Assembly (NCBI RefSeq): GCF_006345805.1
Contig: NW_021832591.1
Span: 1 to 45,753, forward strand
Origin: Octopus sinensis
Lineage: Eukaryota
Length of the DNA: 45,753 bases
Reading direction: 5' to 3'
Part shown: positions 24,383 through 35,599 of the stretch, piece after piece
Layout of the letters: every line of letters begins with the position of its first letter
Numbering within the stretch: the stretch's first letter is position 1
Translations under genes and position numbers: made by a program
The notes under the pieces: model-generated
The model's input: the letters and a program-made list of their open reading frames with translations, nothing else
What the model was told of the DNA's origin: nothing
Databases searched by the model: none

Positions 24383-24827
24383 CAGCGCTGGATTAACCCA
24401 TTAAGCAAAATAAGCATATACTTAAGGCATCAAAGGAAGGAGGGGGCACCACAGAAATGAAAAAGGTTTTAGGGCCCAAAGAAAAATCACCTTAAACTTG
24501 CTAAAATAATATTGGTAATGTCTTATCTCTACTTAGTATAGATGCATAAGTTTTACGTAAAATTAGTTTTAACGATATCATTGAACAGTTTGCCATTAAA
24601 AAAAAAAAAAAACGAAGGAGAAAGCTTTTCAAATATAAATAAAATGGAAGCATGCAAAAATAAACATTATTTCGCATCTTACTGTTTGTTTTAAAAATTC
24701 ATTTTATGGTTTATTATCATTTACATTTTGAATTACTTTTGTTTACATTTTGAACCATTTACATATACTTGAGGACACCAAAATCTTTTAAGTGCTTAAG
24801 GCTTCTATGGGTCTTAATCCAGCCCTG
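24383..24827. mobile_element. 445-bp MITE, probably hAT-related
   Basis: TIR CAG(C/G)GCTGGATTAA matches 13/14. Candidate 8-bp TSD GGTGTTGA / GTTATTGA matches 6/8. No ORF. Confidence 0.7.
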
Positions 24828-25335
24828 GTTATTGAAGAAGTTTTTGCCCTCGTTGGTGGTTGTGATATTGTAAGAATTTAGGGCATAAAAGATCTACGTT
24901 CTTTTAACATGGTAGTCTAGTTAGGAGGTGGATGGGGGCAGTACTCATATAGCAAGTGTCGTTATACCAGTGAGGTCAACGTGGTTAATATTCGAACTGC
25001 CCATTTATAGGTTCATATCATGGGAAGGAAGGGAATTCTAGAGAAAAGCAGTTCTGGGATGGGATGATTAGGAAATGAGTCTAGTATGAGACAAGAAAGA
25101 CGAAAGAAAGTAGAAGTAACGAGAGGAAGCGTGACAGAGAGAGAGAGAAATATATCTGACGCGGCTGGATACGAGTATATTGTAATTGGCTATTTCAGAA
25201 GAGTCGACGTCATTATATTTACGGTAGAAGAAACTGCGATGAAAAAAGCGCAGTAAAACTTCACAAGTTCGCTTTTGCTTACACTTGATTTCCTTGTCAA
25301 AATTAATTCCCAGCGTGCACGCGTGCACACACACA

Positions 25336-25378
<43 letters not shown>

Positions 25379-25403
25379 CACCCTCATGTATGCATATGTA
25401 TAT

Positions 25404-25432
<29 letters not shown>

Positions 25433-25437
<5 letters not shown>

Positions 25438-25587
25438 TCTATTTAAAGCAGCAGAAAATTCAACAAAACCTGTTACTCTGAGTTTCCCGTTGCTGAGTTT
25501 CTGCTGCTTTAAATAAAGCATATTACTCTACCACTGGTATTTGAGTACTCTTTTTTCCACCTTGTTTCACATTTATGTGTTTACTCC

Positions 25588-25590
<3 letters not shown>
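25433..25590 (-). mobile_element. Short fold-back element in (TA)n carrying the 3' half of a hammerhead-like motif
   Basis: ~30-bp inverted arms at 25433-25462 and 25494-25522. The loop on the minus strand reads GAAAC-TCAGA-GTA-ACAGG. Confidence 0.55.
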
Positions 25591-25674
<84 letters not shown>

Positions 25675-26200
25675 ATATCAATAATACAGTGATTGTTTCT
25701 TGTCAGGAACAAAAAGATTAATAGGACTGCTGTAGAAGTGCTCTATTGAAAGAGACAAAAATATCAAACTCAAGTTATTGAACAAACAAAGGCAAGGTCA
25801 TCCGCATATCATTTCATAATCCGAACATTTAATCATAGAATATACATATAAACATCCCGCAAGATGGAACATAATTCATCTGTACAAGCATACAAGCATA
25901 TAATAATTATAAGGTGCGAGAAAAAACTTTTTTCATCACAGTTTAGAGTTAATATTTTAGCGATTCAGAAAAATACATTTTTTTAAAGAAAACCTAGAAA
26001 GTAAAAATATAATATAAAGTAATATATAAAAATATATAGGTATATAAAAATATATAATATATATATATATACATATAGGAGCATATAAAAAATATATAAT
26101 ATATATCATGTAAATAAAATAAAAGTTCATCGTTTAGAAATCTTATTAAATAATTATTCAAGTAAAAGAAGCCTTATAGTTAAAAAGGGAACCATATTTA

Positions 26201-26286
26201 CTTATCCCTATGGCCATTTCAGGGGTGTATTATGTTTAAAGCACTAGGGTGCATCCAGATAATACCTCCTTCGTCAGGGGAAAAAA
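26201..26286 (-). ncRNA. Type-I hammerhead ribozyme with canonical core
   Basis: Minus strand: stem I TTCCC/GGGA, CTGACGA (26277-26271), stem II AGGAGGTATTAT/ATAATACACCCCT, GAAA (26220-26217), palindromic stem III ATGGCCAT, AUA triplet with cut between 26209 and 26208. Confidence 0.7.
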
Positions 26287-26389
26287 TATATACCTAAAGA
26301 TAGACATCATCGCGTACCAAGCCAGCACAGTGTTGTTTGCTTTCCTATTGAGGCATTCATGCTCGGATAGTATATATATATATATATAT

Positions 26390-29300
26390 ACTCCTTATTT
26401 CATCTCTTATTGAACTTTCCTTTTCTTTCTCTCTTCGGCTCAAATTTCCTATTACTCCTTCTCTCCTCTTTCTGAACATTTCCGTTCTCTCTTTTTCTCA
26501 CCTTTTATTCTGCGAAAAATCAACAGATGGACACCAACAACCGCAAACATCGAAATAGGCAGTTTGACGAGCTCCGTCTTTTTATTCAAGGCTGGAGCAT
26601 GAGTGAGGGTTCTCCGTCCAACGACATAATAGCGGTGGCCTTGAAGGTCTATGGTTTCTATGGCACAGATCGTGCGAAAGAAACAAGAGCGCATACGTTT
26701 CTATGGTCTTGTCAAGCCACATATTGACTAACTAGAGAGAATAATGAAGGAAACAGAAGTGCTCAATGACGATCCTGCATGTCTTGAAACCAATGAAGGA
26801 CAAACAGACAGTATCAGAAAAGAAACTTCGAACACCACCGGCCCCAAAACAGAACTGAAGAAGAAACTGCGAACATCACTGACCCCCAAAACAACACCGA
26901 CAGCAGCAATGGCTGCAATCAAAGGTGGACTATGATGAAAAACAGAGGCAGACAAAAAAACTGACACATCCATGAAAACTGATGCTCTGAAGTTCAAAGG
27001 TAACAAGAGGGGCAAGAACAAAGACAAAAACCCAAAACGCCAAAAGGAAACACGACGAAGCAGAAGGACAGAAACTGATAGAGTCCAAGCTGTATGTAAA
27101 TTTTTACTTAAATGTCACCTGACGGCACGGAGAAAGGGGAGAGGGCTGCAGCTCTACCCATTCAAATCTTATTGGGACAACAACCAGGGTAACCACCTGA
27201 AACAAAACCAGCAAAAACACAGTGGGAAATCATCAAGCATGAACCTGCTGGCTATTAGTGCATTAACAGGAAGAAACGCATCTCAAAAGACTAGTAAAAG
27301 AGATCAGTGCATGCGTTCTACACACTCAAAAAGCAATATGCGGAGGCTGTGCGAACTGCAGCTATCGAACAACAGTCCTTTTTGAACATGTCCCAGAAGA
27401 TAGTGCAGCAGCTGACATGGATGTACAGGATGCAAACTCAAAGCCATGTATTTCAATGCACAAGACCGCCTCAGGTGACAGGCCCAGGATGGCCGCTACT
27501 AACACCTACCCATATATCGCACCCATATTCCTAATGAACATCGGAGGTTTGCTAAAACTCAGCAACAGAGGTAAAATTCTCTATCTAAAACAGCTTGCTC
27601 CATGCAATCAAGCAATATGCATGGTACTCACTGAAATGCATCTAAAGTGACAAATGTGGAAGTACACGTACCAGGGTATGCTGTATTTCGTGCAGACAGA
27701 AGAGGAAGAAGCCACGGCGGAGCTGCTATGTACATCCGTGAAGATGTCACGGCTCTTGTATTACTGTCATATTCACATTCAAACTCAGTTTGGGACACTT
27801 TAATAATGCATATAAAGCAAGTTGATGTAGCTGTATGCACGATATATCGCCCGCTGAATACCACAAAATATGATGGCAAATTTGAGGATAACCTCAAACA
27901 CATCGAAGAGGTATTAACAAACCTAGATCAGAACATCAACATATTCTTCCTGGGTGACTTCAACCTCCCACATGTTTAATGGCCAGAAGGCACATGTTTA
28001 ATGGCCAGAAGGCCACATGTTTAATGGCCAGAAGGCCACATGTTTAATGACCAGAAGGCCACATGTTTAATGACCAGAAGGCCACATGTTTAATGGCCAG
28101 AAGGCCACATGTTTAATGGCCAGAAGGCTACATGTTTAATGGCCAGAAGGCCACATGTTTAATGGCCAGAAGGCCACATGTTTAATGGCCAGAAGGCCAC
28201 ATGTTTAATGGCCAGAAGACCACATGTTTAATGGCCAGAAGGCCACATCCTCTCTGGGATGTCACTGCTCGCATGTAGAGTCATTACTTCATTACTCGAA
28301 CTTTCTAATATGCTCTTCACGGAGCAAATGATACTCAGGCCAACCAGGGGAAACAACATATTGGACCTGTAATGTGGACCTTATCCATAATATGAAGGTG
28401 ATACCAACAGCACTCCCAGATCACAACATTGCCGAACTAACTATGTATGGTCTTAAGCGAACTGCTGGTATCTGCCCTATCAGGAAGACTCAAGCATTAT
28501 CCAACCTGGATTTCAATAAAGCAGAATAGAAATGAATCTGAAAAGAGATCTATAAACGAAACTGGTCCAACATTCTATGTATGCAAGACATTGACTTGAA
28601 ACTCAGGCAGTTTGTGTCAACAGTGCAAGCTATATGCACTAAATATACCCCTGGAAGGCCAGCATACTGATAAACAAGATTCTCAGGGACAGAATAATCC
28701 TTATGAGACGCACTCGGACAGCCACTGTCACTAGCTATGCAGATGATACAAAATTATCACAGGCAATAAAAAATCAAGATGACTTCGCAAGCTCGGGACC
28801 TGAATTCGATATACAAGTGGGCTGAAACAAACAAAATGCAGTTTAATGCTGGAAAATTTCAAGCACTGCGCTCTCAACTCACGAATGCACTACAGCCTGC
28901 ATATACAGGACCCGAAGGTACTACTATACCAGAGTCACAAACAGTGAAAGACTTGGGAATCAGTATGTATAATTACGCATCATTTTATATGCACATTAAC
29001 AAGATAGCAGCAAAGTGCCGATAACCGACAGGATGGATACTGAGGTCCTTCAAGACAAGAGACTAAGAAACTATGTTGACCCTGTGGAGAACCTTTGTTC
29101 TCAGCCATCTAGACTACTGCGTCCAGTTATGGTCCCCACATAGTGCCAAACTAACAGCAGAGCTTGAAGCAGATCAACTCCACTGCACTAAAATATTGAA
29201 ACAGTGCAGCAGATGAGCTACAGGCATAGGCTGAGAAAACGCATCTTTACTCCCTAGAGCGAAGGCACGACAGATATGTAATAATCTACACATGGAAAAC

Positions 29301-29740
29301 TCTAGAAGGGTTAGTACCTAATTTCGACATTGTGTATTATACAAATGCCAGAACTGTCCGCCATTGTATTGTACCAAAGGTACCATCCACTCCTCTTAAA
29401 TTCAGGACCGGGTACTTCAATAGTCTGGGGTTCAAAGGCCCACAGCTCTTCAGTGCCCTACCACACAAATTAAGGAATCTGGATAAGATGAAAGTAGATG
29501 TCTTCAAAAAGGAACTAGACATCCTCCTCTCCACAATAGGGGATGAACAAACAGCCCGACATGAGGTGTAGACGAGGGCAGAAGAATCAAGCACCCTTAT
29601 ACACCAAATGGGACAAGAGCTGGGACAAAGGCACACACAGGAGTGGTTATGTGAAATATCCCAGATTGAGGAAAGCAGAAAGTCCGCGGTGGTGCTCCAG
29701 CATGACCGCAGCTGCATGGCCGTAACGAGTAAAAGAGTAA
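26390..29740 (+). mobile_element. Decayed CR1-like LINE (ORF1 with CCCH-like finger, APE nuclease, internally deleted RT, 3' UTR)
   Basis: VCKFLLKC/RHGERGEGCSSTH (27095-27162); APE motifs GYAVFRADR, IYRP and FLGDFNLP (to 27970); YADD at 28736-28747 joined directly to linker sequence; KDLGI; HLDYCVQLWSP; FKGPQLFSALP. Many stops. The 5' boundary is approximate. Confidence 0.9.
27969..28248. repeat. 23-bp minisatellite, 12 copies (CACATGTTTAATGGCCAGAAGGC)
   Basis: Units start at 27969, 27991, 28014 and so on to 28221. Confidence 0.95.
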
Positions 29741-29774
29741 TATGCATACATGTGTGTGTATACATTGGATATGT

Positions 29775-29945
29775 CACTTCCATCTTTTACTTGTTTCAGT
29801 TACTGGGCCACGAGCATCCTGGAGTATTGCCTTAAAGGGTTTAGTTGGAAAATCGGACCCAGTACTTATTTTATCGGTCTTTTTTATTGAACCGCTAGTT
29901 TACAGGAACGTAAACTAATCAACACCAGTTGTTAAGCGGTCGTTA
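29775..29945 (-). mobile_element. Diverged SINE family 1-like 3' fragment
   Basis: CTTTTACTTGTTTCAG...CTGGAGTATTGCC...TATCGGTCTTT...GAACCGCT. Confidence 0.7.
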
Positions 29946-29959
29946 AGGCAAAAACAAAG

Positions 29960-30414
29960 ACACACTCACAAACATACACACATACATACTTACACACACA
30001 TACATAAATGCATGCATACATACATACACACATACATACTTTCATACATACACATATACATACATACATACATTCATACATAATCCATACATACTTCCAT
30101 ACATACATACACACACATACGTACGCATACATACATAAACGCATACATACATAATATATACAGACATTCATACATACACACACAATCATACACACACGCT
30201 CATACATATACACACATGCATACATAATTCATACATTCATACATACATACACAATCAAACACACATACACTCATTCATACATACATACAGCCATACATAC
30301 ACACGCATACATACATTCATTCATACATACACCCATACATAAATATATATTCATACATACATACATTCATACATACATTCATACATAAATACATACATAC
30401 ACATACATACATAC
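29960..30414. repeat. Degenerate (CATA)n field
   Basis: Directly visible. Confidence 0.9.
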
Positions 30415-30812
30415 AGATTACAAGTTCAGGTTTATACCTGTAATTATTGGGGCCCTGGGATATGTAATACACTGCCTAAATACCAATCTTGAGAAATTAT
30501 GCTTCTCAAAACTAGAAAGGAGAAAGGTGATTCAAAGACTACAGATCCAAGCCATCACTGGAACAGTAAAAATCTGTAAAACTTTCCAGAAGTTTATCAT
30601 TTAAGTATATATGAGCATGTCTAAATATGTAAGTATATGCATGAGAATATATACATAAAGCAAAAACATACAAATCTGCACACATACATACATACATGCA
30701 AAAATACCTTGTTGATCTTGTCGAAATCCCAATGAAGGAGCCTTGGATCTAAGTCAGAAACGGCTCTTTCTCTATTGACAAGAAATCTTGAAATAAAACT
30801 GAATAATAACAT
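30415..30812 (+). mobile_element. 3' end of an RLE-type LINE embedded in (CATA)n
   Basis: DYKFRFIPVIIGALGYV...LQIQAITGTVKICKTFQKFII*, which parallels the PVVIGALG motif of the other RLE pieces. Putative 3' UTR is followed by CATA repeats. Confidence 0.7.
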
Positions 30813-30849
30813 ACTTACATACATATATCAAGCACGTGCTTTTCTTGGA

Positions 30850-31010
30850 CTATTTTTCCTTTCCTCTGAACCTTTGTTGTTTATTCTTTCTGTCGAAGAG
30901 TCATGCTCGGAGTGTAACAGGCCCCACTCTTTTTTTCTTAAACTGAGTGTCAACCTTATACACTCAATGTATATTCTTTTGACTTTTGCTGCTTTTATTT
31001 TATTTTCTAT
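30850..31010 (+). mobile_element. Diverged relative of the 247-454 repeat with a decayed hammerhead
   Basis: CTGTCGA-AGAG-TCATG-CTC-GGAGTGT (30890 onward) versus CTGACGA-AGAGC-TCC-GCTC-GAAACGT, and downstream CTGAGTGTC versus CTGAGCGTC. Confidence 0.45.
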
Positions 31011-31015
31011 TTGCC

Positions 31016-31159
<144 letters not shown>

Positions 31160-31190
31160 ATCAAAATAAGTAACAGTATATCACGTAATG

Positions 31191-31278
31191 ATGCAGTACG
31201 ACCGTTTCAAGCGCCTCCATTTAATTGAACACTGCAATCATTACTTCAATTTAAATGCAGTGACATCTTCAGCTGCAC
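31191..31278 (-). ncRNA. Type-I hammerhead-like ribozyme with long stem II
   Basis: Minus strand: 6-bp stem I GTGCAG/CTGCAT, CTGAAGA (31272-31266), GAAA (31208-31205), stem III ACG-GT-CGT, GUA triplet with cut between 31197 and 31196. Stem II has a 12-bp inner helix but an imperfect base. Confidence 0.55.
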
Positions 31279-31577
31279 TAATAAATAAATAGAATTTTGA
31301 CCAGTAGGACACAGTAATATGATTTTTCTCAAATATTTTAACAGACCAAGAATATGGAAGAAATTGTAGCTAAGAATAGACCACAAACACACATACACAC
31401 ATATACATATTTTGGAATACTTTGGAGTTGTTTTGTTGATGCGGAGCCTTTTATATTTGTTCTTATAGCTATATCTTTTAATCTTTTAATTTGCATTACT
31501 TTTCCATTGTGATACAAATAAAATGAACCAAGCATCTTTTATAAATTTTGTCTTCTCCATTTTCTTTTATTGACTTT

Positions 31578-31578
31578 A

Positions 31579-31643
<65 letters not shown>

Positions 31644-31806
31644 CTTCACTTGCAAATGCTGTACGGACACAGACTGTGTCGATAGACAGCTGAAAGAGAT
31701 GTTTTCCTGGAACTAAAACAACAGTAATATCGTCCTTTATAGGACTGCCACATTCTGTTGGCGTATAAACTTTACTATACACATACACAACATACATATA
31801 TATGTA

Positions 31807-31862
<56 letters not shown>

Positions 31863-31938
31863 CATATATATATATATCATATATATATATGTAACATATA
31901 TATATATATATATATATAATATATGTACATATATAATA

Positions 31939-31973
<35 letters not shown>

Positions 31974-31978
31974 GTACC

Positions 31979-32010
<32 letters not shown>

Positions 32011-32021
32011 TATGTACCATA

Positions 32022-32054
<33 letters not shown>

Positions 32055-32075
32055 GTACCATATATATATATATAT

Positions 32076-32116
<41 letters not shown>

Positions 32117-32295
32117 CATATATATTATGTACCATATATATATATATATATCTATATACTACATATATATATGTACCATATATATATAATATATATATAT
32201 ATATATACATACATATATATCTATATCTATATATATATATATGGTACATATATAATGTGTGTGTGTGTATATAGTAAAGTTATATATATATATAC
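31578..32295. repeat. (TC)n(TA)n and large interrupted (TA)n field
   Basis: Directly visible. Unique sequence at 31642-31790 separates the two parts. Confidence 0.9.
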
Positions 32296-32824
32296 ACTCG
32301 CATATTTATGCATGTAAGTATATACTGTACTGTTTACTTTTGCCACACTTCAAAAGGCTCCAGTAGAAACCACCTGCTCAAATTGTTACTCATGAGTATT
32401 GAACTTGGAACCATATGGTTATGAAGAGAATTTCTTTATCATAAGGACGTATGTATGTATTTATACATAATGTATGTATAATATATATATATATATATAT
32501 TACTGCATACATACATACATCAAACATACATATATATATATATGTTTGTATGTATGCATGATATGTATATAGGAATGTATATATTAGTTTATAAATATAA
32601 ATATAAATGCGCGCCAAATTTTATGCGTATGTGTGTGTGTATATGTGTATGAGTGAGTGTGCGCGCGTGTATGTTTGTGTGTGTGCAAGCATGCGCTGTG
32701 TGTAATACGTGTCCGGTTAAAGAACTAATAGCATTTAATTGGGCAATTAAGAATTTCATTTCTCTATTATTTCAGCTGTGGAAAAGGTTTGCAGGTATGA
32801 ATATATGTATACACTTGACTTCTT

Positions 32825-32825
<1 letters not shown>

Positions 32826-32864
<39 letters not shown>

Positions 32865-32877
32865 ACACACACACACA

Positions 32878-32909
<32 letters not shown>

Positions 32910-33025
32910 ACAAACACTCTCACACACAAGCATACGTAGAAGAAGCTAATATACATATGCATACTCGAGAATATGTAAATAAAGCACGTCGTATATACAG
33001 ATATGTGGATACGTATTTGTGTGTG

Positions 33026-33058
<33 letters not shown>

Positions 33059-33063
33059 ATAAT

Positions 33064-33101
<38 letters not shown>

Positions 33102-33257
33102 TGTGTGTACTGGTGTGTGTGTTTGCGTGTATGGGTATAAATGTATTCATTGTAAGTACAGATTCTCAGCATGCACCGTTGGCATTAAGTAATTTATTAA
33201 TTTAAATAGTCCTCGTTATTCAATTCTGAACTGGTTTAGAAAATAGTATGTATGTAC

Positions 33258-33299
<42 letters not shown>

Positions 33300-33703
33300 T
33301 ATAATATATTATATATATATGTATATGTGTGTATGTGTGTGTATGTGTGTATATATATATGTATATATATGTGTATATATATATAAGTATATATAGTATA
33401 TATATATATGTATATATATGTATATATATATGTGTATATATATATATATATGCATATATATATGTATATTATATATGTATATATATATAATATATATATA
33501 TATAATGTATATATATGTTATATATATATGTATTATATATGTATATGTATATATATGAATATATATACATATAAATATGTATATATATATATATTTATAT
33601 ATGTATAGTATGTATATATATATATATATATGCATATATATATGTATATATATATATGTATATATATATGTGTATATATATGTATATATGTATATATATA
33701 TGC

Positions 33704-33734
<31 letters not shown>

Positions 33735-34249
33735 CACACACAAACACACATATACACACACGTTTGTACCTAGGAATTAATGTGTACGTGCTCATGCGTG
33801 AGACGAATGTGGCTGAAAGGGACGCCCTAGCCGACAGGTGTTTTCATCGTACATTTATGTTTCTATGTGTGCTATATTGACCAGTTAAGAGCACAGCATT
33901 CCGTTAATGCGCGCTTGGTTTAAACTAATAACGTCTGTATCTCAGTGGCTCGTTTTCGTTCCTATATAAGAGGAATGCATTACGTATATTTTATATATAT
34001 ATTTTATAGACAGGTTGAAAAAAAAGAAAAATATGAGTAGGATTTGATTTCAAACATATTAGCATGAACTGGCAGGCGCCTCGCACTCACATCTTGAAAT
34101 GAAATTCTTACTCAAATAGCATAGTGTTTTTTCTACAGCAATCTATCCTTTCACTTTTGATCTCTCTCTCTCTCTCTTCTCTTTATATATGTAAATGTGT
34201 GTTTGTGTGTGTACACACACATACATACACACACATATATATATATATA

Positions 34250-34288
<39 letters not shown>

Positions 34289-34413
34289 ATATATATGTGT
34301 GTATATATATATAGATATAATATATATATATATATACATATATGTATATATATATATACACATTATATATATATACATGTGTATATATATATATATATAT
34401 ATATACAGTGTGT

Positions 34414-34472
<59 letters not shown>

Positions 34473-34560
34473 CTATTACATGTATATATATATAATATAT
34501 ATTACCACACACACATATATATATATGTATGTATATACCTGCACACCCATACACACGCGC
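32826..34560. repeat. Cluster of CA, GA, TA and TATG microsatellites with short unique spacers
   Basis: Directly visible. Confidence 0.85.
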
Positions 34561-34629
34561 ACACCCATTTGGCGCATTTGTTCATTTGCTCAGTTGCTCA
34601 TTTGTTTCTATATACTTATATGTATTCAC

Positions 34630-34926
34630 GTGGGAGCGCAATGGCCCAGTGGTTAGGGCAGCGGACTCGCGGTTGTAGGATCGTGGATTCGATTCCCAGA
34701 CCGGGCGTTGTGAGTGTTTATTGAGCGAAATCATCTAAAACTCCACGAGGCTCCGGCAGGGCATGGTGGCAATCACCACAACTTTCGCCACAACTTTCTC
34801 TCATTCTTTCTTCTGTAGGCCTGCTCGCTTAGCCAGCGGGGTGGCGTCATTTGATGGCTAAAACAATGCGAAGCGCATTGTGACCAGCGATGTGTAGCAA
34901 CATCTGATAGCCTGGTCGGTTACGTG
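34630..34926 (+). mobile_element. SINE family 3, tail type 2
   Basis: Same head as 16144. 12-bp TSD ATATGTATTCAC at 34618-34629 and 34927-34938. Confidence 0.85.
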
Positions 34927-35095
34927 ATATGTATTCACACCCTTGTCCATGCAGTTACCAGCTTGTTCCACTCGCTAATCTGTATATGTCATACCTGTGA
35001 GTGTATTTATCCTTTACAATTGAATAAATAGACATATTTGAATGTTTACTGACTGATATCTATCGATTTTATATCCTTTCCGTTTTCTTATTTGC

Positions 35096-35353
35096 CGTAT
35101 GTATGTATGTATGTATGTATGTATGTATGTAGTATGTATGTATGTATGTATGTATGTTGTATGTATGTATGTATGTATGTATGTATGTATGTATGTAGTA
35201 TGTATGTATGTATGTAGTATGTATGTATGTATGTTGTATGTATGTATGTATGTATGTATGTATGTATGTATGTATGTAGGTATGTATGTATATGTAGTAT
35301 GTATGTATGTATGTATGTATGTATGTTATGTATGTATGTATGTATGATGTATG

Positions 35354-35385
<32 letters not shown>

Positions 35386-35570
35386 TGTATGTATGTATGT
35401 ATGTATGTATGATGTATGTATGTATGTATGTATGTATGTATGTATGTATGGATGTATGTATGTATGTATGTGATGTATGTATGTATGTATGTATGTATGT
35501 ATGTATGTTGTATGTAGGTATAACGGACGTACGGACGGACGGACGGATGCATGCATGCATGCATGCATGT
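35096..35570. repeat. (TATG)n of about 430 bp followed by (GGAC)n and (GCAT)n
   Basis: Directly visible. Confidence 0.95.
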
Positions 35571-35599
35571 ACGTACTAAAATGCTTAATCAGAAAGATG

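Noticed and set aside
27969-28248. Possible CRISPR array
   Set aside because: Units are contiguous with no spacers, and the context is eukaryotic.
31657-31690. Palindrome GACACAG-A-CTGTGTC between CTGTACG and GATA
   Set aside because: Several core substitutions and no stem I or III; likely chance.
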